From: a virus
Virus genome (UHGV): UHGV-0076294
Reading direction: 5' to 3' (one strand)
Length of the DNA stretch: 64,000 bases
The position numbers were made by a program, and so were the translations under genes. Positions 32,954-41,320 of this stretch are shown here, piece by piece (the stretch's first letter is position 1; the number at the start of each line of letters is the position of its first letter). The notes beneath the pieces are model-generated. The model saw only the letters and a list, made by a program, of their open reading frames with translations. It made no database searches and was not told the origin of the DNA.

Positions 32954-32976
32954 CAGATATATATTACTTAGGTGAG
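32954..32976 (+). promoter_or_regulatory. Candidate phage promoter (CAGATATATATTACTTAGGTGAG)
   Basis: 22/23 identical to 28649..28671. Followed by hairpin AGAGTTAA/TTAACTCT. Precedes the exported-protein block. Confidence 0.4.
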
Positions 32977-33023
32977 AGTTAAGATTAACTCTTTTACTTG
33001 TTAACCCCACGAGGAGAAAAACA

Positions 33024-33485
33024 ATGAAAATCTTCACTTCCTTTTTAATCGGCCTTCTCGCAATCGGATTCAATACTGCACACGCTGCAATCAATAGTTG
33101 GGAACAACTACAGAACCCAGGTCAAGCTGTTTACGAAATCGAAGACACCACCGGAAACGGACTGTCTATCAACTGTGACACTGAAACCGCGAATCGCAAA
33201 TTTTACGGTCGCATGGTTTGGTATTACGGGGAACCTGTAGGTGCAACTAACGCTGAAGACAACACGCTGGATATTGTCGTAAATGGCAAAACTTACAACA
33301 TCCCTACCGTGGATGGTAGTGACAAAGCAGAACTCGCTTGGGTGGCTTTCGTTAATGCTATCGGCAATGCCAAAACTTTCAGTGTGAATATCAACGGAAA
33401 CGAAGCCGCTAACTTTACCGTAGAAGGCGAACGTCTGTCTGAAACTTTCTTCCAGAACTGTGGACACACCCGTCCTAACAAATAA
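33024..33485 (+). CDS. Exported protein (signal peptide)
   Basis: MKIFTSFLIGLLAIGFNTAHA/AI cleavable leader. GAGGAG RBS. Confidence 0.75.
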   Translation: MKIFTSFLIGLLAIGFNTAHAAINSWEQLQNPGQAVYEIEDTTGNGLSINCDTETANRKFYGRMVWYYGEPVGATNAEDNTLDIVVNGKTYNIPTVDGSDKAELAWVAFVNAIGNAKTFSVNINGNEAANFTVEGERLSETFFQNCGHTRPNK

Positions 33486-33512
33486 GTATTAATCTTTTTA
33501 GAGTGCGTGAAA

Positions 33513-33899
33513 ATGAATATCAGAACTATACTTTATACCATCATTATTTTCTGTGCAGTCGGTATTACTGCCACTTATGCTTTCGGTGATTCGGATGTCC
33601 GCTATTACGAACCGGCTCCTGACTCACCGATTATCAACCCGGATGAGTCGCCTACGTTAATGCGCAGTTTCGGTAAACTGCAAGTTTATCGTTTAGTGCG
33701 TGGTGAATCGTGTACCGGATTACTCATTGCTGACACCCGTGCACAAGTCTACCAACGTCTGACGGATATCGCCTGCGAACAACCAAAAGTCATGTCGGTC
33801 AGTATTCATCCGTTAGAGGTCGGTAACTATACTGCTGTGGACTTCTTCCATAATGCAGAACTGATTGGTCGTATTACTTTAAATCGTAGCGCTGAATAA
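33513..33899 (+). CDS. Exported or membrane-anchored small protein
   Basis: Hydrophobic N-terminus ILYTIIIFCAVGITATYA/FG. ATG 33513 preferred to GTG 33507. Confidence 0.65.
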   Translation: MNIRTILYTIIIFCAVGITATYAFGDSDVRYYEPAPDSPIINPDESPTLMRSFGKLQVYRLVRGESCTGLLIADTRAQVYQRLTDIACEQPKVMSVSIHPLEVGNYTAVDFFHNAELIGRITLNRSAE

Positions 33900-33917
33900 T
33901 TTAATGGAGAAATTACA

Positions 33918-34400
33918 ATGAAACGTTTACACACCCTGATGCTCTTCGTGGCTATTCTGTTCACGGGCTTTAACTTTAACGCAGAAGCGGCTAGTGTAAA
34001 ACAAGCACTTAGTTGTAACCCGGAAGCCTGGGCTGAACAACCCGGTGCGTGTCCTGATATCAATACGCTCTATACCGACGACGCTACTTATAAAGCCGCG
34101 ATCGATAAAGCGTTGAAACCGGTCGGACTGGACGGATTATTCGGTAAAGATGGTGTAATGAATGGTCCTGGCGGCGATGTTATTCCCGTGCAAATCAACG
34201 GCAAAATCTGGCTTGAAGCTACTGGTTGTAAAAGCAATGCTTGTGGTTGGGAATACATCACGACGCTTTATAACCCGCAGACCCATGTCGTGGTAGGTTA
34301 CTATTACAACGTCGACCCAGGTTACCTGGTTTGGTTTGGCGATATCGGCGTTAATGAATTCGCCTATCTGGTTAAGAAATACGTAGCTACGGTTAATTAA
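33918..34400 (+). CDS. Exported protein, Ivy-like (inhibitor of vertebrate lysozyme family) candidate
   Basis: Leader ...NFNAEA/AS. TYKAAIDK...VQINGKIWLEATGCKSNACGWEYITTLYN is colinear with E. coli Ivy TTKAAFNQ...VTLGDETYQVMSACKPHDCGSQRIAVMWS, but the loop His is absent. Confidence 0.4.
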   Translation: MKRLHTLMLFVAILFTGFNFNAEAASVKQALSCNPEAWAEQPGACPDINTLYTDDATYKAAIDKALKPVGLDGLFGKDGVMNGPGGDVIPVQINGKIWLEATGCKSNACGWEYITTLYNPQTHVVVGYYYNVDPGYLVWFGDIGVNEFAYLVKKYVATVN

Positions 34401-34415
34401 TTTAAGGAGTCTGTC

Positions 34416-34826
34416 ATGAAAACGTTTATCAAAACTTTACTCGTTGCTGTAACTGTTCTGTTCTCTCTTAACGTAGCAGCAAAAACAGTAAAACTACCGG
34501 CGGGTATCAAATACGTCAACAGTACCGATGAATTCTACTGCACAGAAATCGACGGTCTGTATTGCCAGACAAAGAATTTGTTTGAATACAAAGGTAACAG
34601 ATATGTTTTCGTTGTTGAGCAAGGTGGTGCCTGGTGCTACGACAGCCCTATGTCGGTACTCAACCTGGAAACTTGGAAAGCACAGAAAATTGAATACAAA
34701 GACAACCAATTGTGTTCAGGCGAAAACAAACCGTTCTTCAAAATCAAAAATGGTGTCCCGACTGTAGGTATTATCGACACCTCTGGAGCACCAATCGTTG
34801 TAGCTCAGGACAAACTTAAAATCTAA
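34416..34826 (+). CDS. Exported protein
   Basis: Leader MKTFIKTLLVAVTVLFSLNVAA/KT. Cys pattern resembles the next gene. Confidence 0.75.
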   Translation: MKTFIKTLLVAVTVLFSLNVAAKTVKLPAGIKYVNSTDEFYCTEIDGLYCQTKNLFEYKGNRYVFVVEQGGAWCYDSPMSVLNLETWKAQKIEYKDNQLCSGENKPFFKIKNGVPTVGIIDTSGAPIVVAQDKLKI

Positions 34827-34836
34827 GGAGTAAACC

Positions 34837-35226
34837 ATGCGTCTTATCTGCGCTTTGTTGGCGTTTTTCTCAATCGGAGTTATGGCTTCTACACACATCG
34901 ACGATTTATTACTTACCCCGGCAACGAACACAGACTATCACTACAACCCACCGGGTTTTGAAGTCTGCGAAGGCGATGCAGGCGAATGCCAAGAAGTTGG
35001 CGCAGATGGACGCTATATACTCGTAAAAGCAGACGGAGGAACAACCTGCCCTGCGGGTTATTATTTCGTACTTGACTCTGTAGCAAAAGAGGTACTTCCT
35101 GTAACGACCAAAACGTGTGACCCCACAGTTGTACTAACGCTTGCGAAAAGCAAATCACGTGACCGTCACTTTATTGTCATCGAAGAACGCGGTGAGATGT
35201 TAGGTGCTATCGAATTAGATTACTGA
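34837..35226 (+). CDS. Exported protein
   Basis: Leader MRLICALLAFFSIGVMA/ST. C..(5-6)..C...RY(I/V)(L/F)V...GG..C pattern shared with 34416..34826. Confidence 0.75.
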   Translation: MRLICALLAFFSIGVMASTHIDDLLLTPATNTDYHYNPPGFEVCEGDAGECQEVGADGRYILVKADGGTTCPAGYYFVLDSVAKEVLPVTTKTCDPTVVLTLAKSKSRDRHFIVIEERGEMLGAIELDY

Positions 35227-35237
35227 TGTGTAGTCTT

Positions 35238-35275
35238 GACCCCGGCACGTGCCGATTCGTCCGGGGTCCTTTTTA
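35238..35275 (+). terminator. Rho-independent terminator
   Basis: GACCCCGG/CCGGGGTC stem followed by CTTTTT. Confidence 0.7.
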
Positions 35276-35305
35276 CGACCTGTTTTACCTAAAGGAGAAT
35301 TAAAA

Positions 35306-35782
35306 ATGCGTTTATCTAATGTTTATCAAGCGGCCCAATTCCATCACGAGCTGACGGCTAAGCCTGAATATATTCGCCACAACTTAACGGTGGCTTGGAA
35401 ACTGCTATTGATTGCTGATGCTGCACGACACAACGACCAGGAAACTATTATCAAAACCGTGCGTACTTTACGCCCTATTGACCTGGAAACAATTTGGTCG
35501 TTTGACTTAACTCGAATTTATCATCGTCGCTTTAATGCGGCGGTGGATGCGATACGTCCTTATTTCCACTATTTGCAAGCAACATCAGACTGTGGTCCAT
35601 CCTTAGAGTGGGTCTTGGTACAAAGCGTATGGAGCGATTACATTTATCTCCTATCTTTAGAGACGGGTGAATGCATTATCGCTAACGAGGTATTCTCAAC
35701 CAACGCCGAAATGTATCGTTCCCACGCTACTATCCAGGGTGTCTCACAGCCTATCTTATCACTCACGCACTTAGGGCTGTGA
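35306..35782 (+). CDS. Hypothetical protein
   Basis: Start at ATG 35306 (AAAGGAG RBS). The track start 35249 would run through the terminator. Confidence 0.7.
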   Translation: MRLSNVYQAAQFHHELTAKPEYIRHNLTVAWKLLLIADAARHNDQETIIKTVRTLRPIDLETIWSFDLTRIYHRRFNAAVDAIRPYFHYLQATSDCGPSLEWVLVQSVWSDYIYLLSLETGECIIANEVFSTNAEMYRSHATIQGVSQPILSLTHLGL

Positions 35783-35790
35783 TTAGCCCG

Positions 35791-35819
35791 GCCCCGCTGT
35801 GTACGGGGCTTCTTTTTTG
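35791..35819 (+). terminator. Rho-independent terminator
   Basis: GCCCCG/CGGGGC stem plus TTCTTTTTT. Confidence 0.65.
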
Positions 35820-35836
35820 CCAAAGGAAACTGAAAC

Positions 35837-36445
35837 ATGAACGAAATTACTTTGGTTCGTTTTATCGAAGCGATGCGACTAAACGAAGCTAATCCTCACT
35901 CTCCGTTATTTATCGATTTAATGGAGGAAGAAGTCGAAGGGTTCTTAGCGTACCCGCGTTTGAAAGCGTATTTCGAACGTAAAACACCAACCGCTTACGA
36001 AAAGCTGATGTACGCGTTAGATAACCGTACTACGCTAAATAATACGCCGTTTAAAGCGCTGGAAGCAATAGACCCTACCGGGGGTGCAGGTATCCCACAA
36101 CGTGTTGTGTTCTACTACATCGACAACGGTCGTATTAAGGCCGACGTTGTAAATTGGATCTCTGAAGGGGAAATTCCAGAAACGCGTACTTTTAACCTCT
36201 GCCCGGTAGAAGAAGGTTGGGTCGCAGGAACACATTATTCCTATCCGTATCAAAGCATCAAATCACCTTATCTGTACCCGGTGTATTTGGATGACGTTAC
36301 GCCAGGCAAATGTGTTCCCGTTACCAATCTGATTTGTTTACTGACGATGGAAGTTGTTGCGTCTGACGCAGGCCAGGCTTGGGTTGAGCAATCGAAAAAT
36401 ATCCAAAACTGGCAGGGGATGGGTTACAAACTCTACCAGCCGTAA
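35837..36445 (+). CDS. Hypothetical protein
   Basis: 202-aa ORF, AAAGGAAA RBS. Confidence 0.7.
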   Translation: MNEITLVRFIEAMRLNEANPHSPLFIDLMEEEVEGFLAYPRLKAYFERKTPTAYEKLMYALDNRTTLNNTPFKALEAIDPTGGAGIPQRVVFYYIDNGRIKADVVNWISEGEIPETRTFNLCPVEEGWVAGTHYSYPYQSIKSPYLYPVYLDDVTPGKCVPVTNLICLLTMEVVASDAGQAWVEQSKNIQNWQGMGYKLYQP

Positions 36446-36451
36446 TACCAC

Positions 36452-36500
36452 GAGAGAACCTTCGGGTTCTCTCCCTTCTCTTTTATTTTTTTCTTTTTAC
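36452..36500 (+). terminator. Rho-independent terminator
   Basis: GAGAGAACC-TTCG-GGTTCTCTC followed by a long T-rich tail. Confidence 0.8.
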
Positions 36501-36528
36501 ACCACGCTCCGTGAATATGGAGGTGGAC

Positions 36529-39033
36529 ATGTTAAAAGTTGAACGTATTGTACTTAAAGGGTTTACCGGAATGGGATTACACGAAATCGAAACCTTCGAT
36601 TTTACTATCCATTCCCCAACCACCATTATCCTCGGTGGTAACGGCTGCGGTAAGACCAGCTTACTGTCCGTGTTTCTACCTATCGCACCTTCGAAATCCG
36701 AATTCCGTGACGGGGGTTCTTACACCAACATCTGTTTGGTTAACGACCATCGTTACAAATTTAAGGTTGCACGTAAAGGCAACTCACTGGTTTGCGATAT
36801 CGAGAACCTGACGACGGGCACCAAAATCGTCGAACAAGGTAATGCGAAAGTGTATAACTCTCGTGTAGAAGAAATCACGGGCATTACAAAAGAGATTAAA
36901 GAGTTACTGAACGGAGAAGTGCTTTTAACGGATGCAGGAACGGAACTGCGTCGTAAGTGGTTCTACCGTTTAAGTACGTCAGACTTAACTTACGCGTTAG
37001 GTTTTTATCAACGTTTACGAAAAAACCTGACGATGTTAAACGGCGGTATTGAAATCACCAGCCGCAAGATTGCAGAGTTGCGTACCCGCGTGATTGATAA
37101 CGAGGAAGAACGTCAGCAGTTAGCAACACGGTTAAAAGCATTAGAAGTGGATTTACGTGAAGTCAACAAACAGATTGAACAACTGCCTGGTCTGAATCGC
37201 GACGTTACGGTGGCAACGATTCAATCGCTATTGCTTAAAATCGAAGCACCGATTAATGCTATCTTGGAACACCGTGGCGGATTACCTACGGAAGAACGGG
37301 TAGAGGAAGCACGACGCGTTGAAGCCACTGCCCGTGAAGCGGTGGTCTCTGCTGAAACAGAACTGTCCATGCTAAACAAAGATTTGTCTTTGTTGATGGA
37401 CGAGTCTACCCGCCAAGATTACCTGATGCGGAATCACGAAGGGTTAAAGAACACGGTTGCAAAACTGCGTGAGTTATTAAAGCAGTGGGACACCGAACAT
37501 CTTTTCCCTGAACTGTTTGCGGAGACCGTTAACATCGACCAGCTTAAAGCAGCGACGGATGCGCGTGTCTGGGGACAACGTTTAGGAACAACGCTGGACG
37601 CCATTAAATCGACAGAACGGTTGAACGTACTGGAAGAGAAACTGTTGACCTTAGACCAAAACTCATCTGGGTTGCGTGACCGACTACAACGCGTTGAAAA
37701 CGTATTGCAGAACCTCAACCACGAACGGAATCACTATTTGGAAACCGCCGAGGTTGATTGTCCGCAGTGTCAATTTAAATTCCGTCCGGGCGTGCGTCGT
37801 TCTTTGCCTGAATTGGAAGAAGCCATTCGTGGACAAATGGAGCAACGTAATACGTTACAGACTCAGCTTGATTCCGTATTGCGAGACCGTACGGAATTAG
37901 AGTCGGACGTTAATTACATGCGTCAAGTACGAGAAATCGTTTTAACATACTCGAAAGACCCGGTATTGAGTTTGTTCTTTAAACGTCTCCAGGAGCGGAA
38001 TGTCTTTACGGATAACCGCAGTCAATTCGGCAGTTTGTGTGCAGAGTTCGATCGTGAACTTTATTCCGCAATTGAATACCACGAAACGAAACACCGTTTT
38101 GCTAAAGCGGAAAAAGAGTGGGCAAACGCAGTTGCAGCGGTAGGTAACGTTGACGGTGCACTACAGCAGAAAATTGCCTTCCAGCAGGAGCGTTTGGGTA
38201 AGGCGACAGAAACGCTCTCAGAGCGCCGTAGAGAGCACGCAGTTGCTAATGATACCTTTTGTTATCTAAACGAACTTAAAGCCACTGTAGACAATTTTAA
38301 TGCGGTTTTTGAGCGTTTAGAGAACGATGTTAAGGTAACATTAACCAATACGGTGGTCGAAACGTTATTAAACGCCCGAGAAAACAAGTTGGATGCGTTC
38401 ACCACAGCACGGGAACGGTACCGTCAGATGGAAAACGAGCTCAACCAACTTACTGCGTTAGAAAAGGAGTTATCGGATTTACAGGCACAGCAATTCAATA
38501 ACAAACTGATGATTCAAGCGTTCTCGCCCGAGAAAGGGGTATTACGCAAATACTTCTACAACGCTATCGTGAGAATCACAGAATTAATGACGCGCTATAT
38601 CGAACAAGTCTGGACCTACCCTATGCGGGTCATGCCGTGTGACTTAACCGATGGTGACTTAGACTACACGTTCCCAGTGCAGTTAAAAACCCATCCTGAA
38701 CCGGTACCTGACGTGCGGAAAGGGTCGAAAGCACAGCGAGCCATCTTTAATTTGATGTTTCGTTTAACCGCTTACAAAGCCCTGAAACTTCATCAGTATC
38801 CGCTACTGTTGGATGAACCGTCAGAAGGGATGGATGAGGAACACCGAAATAACCTCGTCGGGTTTATTAAAACCCTGGCGAATTCCGGTGAGTTCTCTCA
38901 GTTACTGGTGGTATCTCACGAAGCAGAAATTCATTCAAAACTTAACGAAGCCGCATACTGTGTTATTGAACCTGAAGGCGTAACACTGCCTGCGGTATAC
39001 AACGAGGGAGTAAAAATTGTCTACGCAAACTGA
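36529..39033 (+). CDS. Rad50/SbcC-like (T4 gp46-like) SMC-type ATPase
   Basis: Walker A GGNGCGKTS, long coiled coils with a central CxxC hook (VDCPQCQF), C-terminal LLLDEPSEGMD Walker B. Start at ATG 36529 (GGAGGTGG RBS). Confidence 0.8.
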   Translation: MLKVERIVLKGFTGMGLHEIETFDFTIHSPTTIILGGNGCGKTSLLSVFLPIAPSKSEFRDGGSYTNICLVNDHRYKFKVARKGNSLVCDIENLTTGTKIVEQGNAKVYNSRVEEITGITKEIKELLNGEVLLTDAGTELRRKWFYRLSTSDLTYALGFYQRLRKNLTMLNGGIEITSRKIAELRTRVIDNEEERQQLATRLKALEVDLREVNKQIEQLPGLNRDVTVATIQSLLLKIEAPINAILEHRGGLPTEERVEEARRVEATAREAVVSAETELSMLNKDLSLLMDESTRQDYLMRNHEGLKNTVAKLRELLKQWDTEHLFPELFAETVNIDQLKAATDARVWGQRLGTTLDAIKSTERLNVLEEKLLTLDQNSSGLRDRLQRVENVLQNLNHERNHYLETAEVDCPQCQFKFRPGVRRSLPELEEAIRGQMEQRNTLQTQLDSVLRDRTELESDVNYMRQVREIVLTYSKDPVLSLFFKRLQERNVFTDNRSQFGSLCAEFDRELYSAIEYHETKHRFAKAEKEWANAVAAVGNVDGALQQKIAFQQERLGKATETLSERRREHAVANDTFCYLNELKATVDNFNAVFERLENDVKVTLTNTVVETLLNARENKLDAFTTARERYRQMENELNQLTALEKELSDLQAQQFNNKLMIQAFSPEKGVLRKYFYNAIVRITELMTRYIEQVWTYPMRVMPCDLTDGDLDYTFPVQLKTHPEPVPDVRKGSKAQRAIFNLMFRLTAYKALKLHQYPLLLDEPSEGMDEEHRNNLVGFIKTLANSGEFSQLLVVSHEAEIHSKLNEAAYCVIEPEGVTLPAVYNEGVKIVYAN

Positions 39034-39217
39034 TTGGTGGCGTCAGTTACTAAGCGTTTTAGGGTTTAGCGTCATGGTGCTGGTTGCCATTCTGTACGTG
39101 CTATTTTGTATAACGGCGATTTTATGGGTGGTCTTAGCGTACGCGATTAGGCTCACCTGGGGTTCAATTTGGCACCAACGCGAATGTGAGTGGCGGTGTG
39201 TTGGAGGGAAGTCATGA
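39017..39217 (+). CDS. Small two-TM membrane protein
   Basis: TTG start with GAGGGAG RBS. Hydrophobic segments LLSVLGFSVMVLVAILYVLF and ITAILWVVLAYAI. Confidence 0.45.
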   Translation: MSTQTDWWRQLLSVLGFSVMVLVAILYVLFCITAILWVVLAYAIRLTWGSIWHQRECEWRCVGGKS

Positions 39218-39324
39218 TTGAGGGTATTCTGTTAACACTTGGGTCGTTGTGGATTATTGGGAAATCCCTCAACTGGCTGATTAATAAGTACGGATGGGCT
39301 TTCAAAGGCTCTACGCACAGTTAA
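39214..39324 (+). CDS. 36-aa membrane peptide
   Basis: ATG overlaps the upstream stop. MIEGILLTLGSLWIIGKSLNWLINKYGWAFKGSTHS. Read by hand. Confidence 0.35.
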   Translation: MIEGILLTLGSLWIIGKSLNWLINKYGWAFKGSTHS

Positions 39325-39374
39325 GTTAGGACCCCCTCCTGGGTAACTGGGAGGGTGTTTTACGAGGGAAAACC

Positions 39375-39503
39375 ATGACTGTTGTCAATACTACCAATGC
39401 TGCAATTGGCGCTTTATACAACGCGGAACTAACATGGGGTGCGGGTTTTATTACCGTACTACTTCTTGCCGCAGCCGCTTTTATCATTGGACGTTGGTTT
39501 TAA
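39375..39503 (+). CDS. 42-aa tail-anchored membrane peptide
   Basis: GAGGGAAAACC-ATG. ...GAGFITVLLLAAAAFIIGRWF. Read by hand. Confidence 0.35.
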   Translation: MTVVNTTNAAIGALYNAELTWGAGFITVLLLAAAAFIIGRWF

Positions 39504-39535
39504 TTTCATCTTTTTGCGTCTGTAAGGTCTGATAA

Positions 39536-39979
39536 ATGGAAATTTATTTGTTGAACGCACTTTCTAAAATCGGTGAAGAACAAGCGAAAGATTTACTCGC
39601 ACTTCATTACCGTTACTTAGATCATCAAGCAACGATGCTGAAAATCAAAACCGCTGTACCGAAATTAAACGTGCGTCAACTGATCGAAGGCAACTGTGTT
39701 GTTCTGATTTATATCGACGATGTTGCGGCGGGTTATTGCAGTTACCGTAATCGCAACGGGGTACTCAAAATTCGTTCGCTATACGTGCTGCCCGATTACC
39801 GTCAGCGTGGGGTAATGAAAGAAATCTTCAAAGCGATAGCCGCTGATGAAGCATTCGGTGAAATTGCAATTGGGATGTACACGAAGTGCAAAGAAGCGAA
39901 AGAGTATTTCATTCGTCGTGGCTACAAAGCAACCTATTCTCACGATAAAGAATGGGTGGATTTCAGTAAAACTTTCTAA
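39536..39979 (+). CDS. GNAT-family N-acetyltransferase
   Basis: Acetyl-CoA motif region RSLYVLPDYRQRGVMKEIFKAI, 147 aa. Confidence 0.7.
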   Translation: MEIYLLNALSKIGEEQAKDLLALHYRYLDHQATMLKIKTAVPKLNVRQLIEGNCVVLIYIDDVAAGYCSYRNRNGVLKIRSLYVLPDYRQRGVMKEIFKAIAADEAFGEIAIGMYTKCKEAKEYFIRRGYKATYSHDKEWVDFSKTF

Positions 39980-40045
39980 AACAATAAAGGCTCTCTTGAC
40001 GTTCCTCACTATGAGTGTGAGAATTTTACGTCGGGAGAGCTACTT

Positions 40046-40282
40046 ATGTTAAACAGTTTCGGTGTAGGTGGAATGGATACAAGCATTTGCTGGAAAGAAT
40101 ACGAACGCGCAAAGGCATTTCTCCAGCATCCCAACGTGGGTAAGATCGGTCAGGTGTGCTTTGGTAAACCTGCACTGACAGCCTGTATTCAAGGTGCGTT
40201 AGGGACGCTGCCACCTGAATCACCTTTCGAGCCTAAGGAGAATCCAGATGTTACCAGGAACCCAAACCCCGTATCTATTTAG
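40046..40282 (+). CDS. Hypothetical protein
   Basis: 78-aa ORF, GGGAGAG RBS. Confidence 0.55.
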   Translation: MLNSFGVGGMDTSICWKEYERAKAFLQHPNVGKIGQVCFGKPALTACIQGALGTLPPESPFEPKENPDVTRNPNPVSI

Positions 40283-40622
40283 TGAACCACTGGATAACAG
40301 CGACATCTTACAAATCTGCTATCAGTGTCACGAAATCGGTGGTAGTGAACTTACGCGGGTTAATAAACTGCTGTGGCTGATTCCAGAAATCGAATTACCG
40401 TTTGTTAAGCCTAGCTTGTGGCGTCGTGGTGCGTGTCGCGAAGCGTATATGCTGTCAAAATTTAACATTAATCTGGAGAAGGTCTGGGAGAAGATGAACG
40501 ACACCCAAACCCGAGAACAGATTACTCACACGCTGGAATTGCACCTTGCCATGAAACGCCTCGGTCTCGAACACGAAGGACTGGAGTCCGTTATCAGTCA
40601 ATGGGTGAAAAGGAATCGTTAA
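40248..40622 (+). CDS. Hypothetical protein
   Basis: 124-aa ORF, AAGGAG RBS. Confidence 0.65.
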   Translation: MLPGTQTPYLFSEPLDNSDILQICYQCHEIGGSELTRVNKLLWLIPEIELPFVKPSLWRRGACREAYMLSKFNINLEKVWEKMNDTQTREQITHTLELHLAMKRLGLEHEGLESVISQWVKRNR

Positions 40623-40695
40623 TGTCTAAAACGTATATAGCGATTTTGGTTGAGTTGGCGATTGGTGGTACGCGGTTTATCCCTGTGCATCAATT

Positions 40696-41220
40696 ATGCT
40701 TACCTCACTCGGTAAGACCGTTATGCTAACGATACTTCCAGAATCGGATATTGACAACGACCTGTTTAACGCCCCTGAGCGCTTCAAGGTCGTTACGATA
40801 AATTGTGTAGGGGCAATGGGTCGGGGTATCGCTTTAGCGTGCAGAGAACGCTATCCTGGTCTTTATCAGGACTACCGAGAACGTTGCTTCGCTAACGAGA
40901 TACGAATAGGGAATGTGTACGTTTATCCCGAGGAAAACTGCATTCTCTTACCAACTAAAACACATTGGAAACTGAAATCCCAGGTTTCTTATGTTATCGC
41001 GGGTATCACCGCGTTGGCAGATGCCGCAGAAAACTTAGAGGGTGGGGTGGCTTTACCGCCGTTAGGGATGGCCACCGGTTGGTTGACAAAAGCTGAACGT
41101 CAACAAATCTTTTTGTTTATCGAAAAGAAACTCGTACCAAGGAGACAACATTACCGTTTCTATTTACCCGAACCGCTTTACCAAGAAGCAAAACCTTTAA
41201 TTCCAAACCTTTTTAAATAG
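40696..41220 (+). CDS. Macrodomain protein, DarG/TARG1-like class
   Basis: VTINCVGAMGRGIALACRERYPGLYQDYRERC...LLPTKTHWKLKS...VALPPLG is colinear with the DarG macrodomain pattern NCVGVMGKGIALQFK..YP...FPTKKHWR..S...PPLG. Start codon uncertain (40696 or 40723). Confidence 0.7.
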   Translation: MLTSLGKTVMLTILPESDIDNDLFNAPERFKVVTINCVGAMGRGIALACRERYPGLYQDYRERCFANEIRIGNVYVYPEENCILLPTKTHWKLKSQVSYVIAGITALADAAENLEGGVALPPLGMATGWLTKAERQQIFLFIEKKLVPRRQHYRFYLPEPLYQEAKPLIPNLFK

Positions 41221-41235
41221 ATATTATCATTAGGG
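41219..41235 (+). promoter_or_regulatory. Candidate phage promoter motif (AGATATTATCATTAGGG)
   Basis: Member of the AGATATTAT family, about 100 nt upstream of the transglycosylase gene. Confidence 0.3.
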
Positions 41236-41320
41236 CACACAACAAAGGAGTACCAGCTGTCCGCGCCGTGATTTCGTTCTACGGAATACGGAAATGTATA
41301 AATCCAACTGGAGAACTAGT

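Noticed and set aside
35249-35305. 5' extension of the 35249..35782 ORF
   Set aside because: It runs through the terminator hairpin 35238..35275. ATG 35306 has an AAAGGAG RBS.
40622-40729. 35-codon ORF overlapping the macrodomain gene start
   Set aside because: It has no RBS and no distinctive features. It only adds uncertainty about which ATG starts the macrodomain gene.
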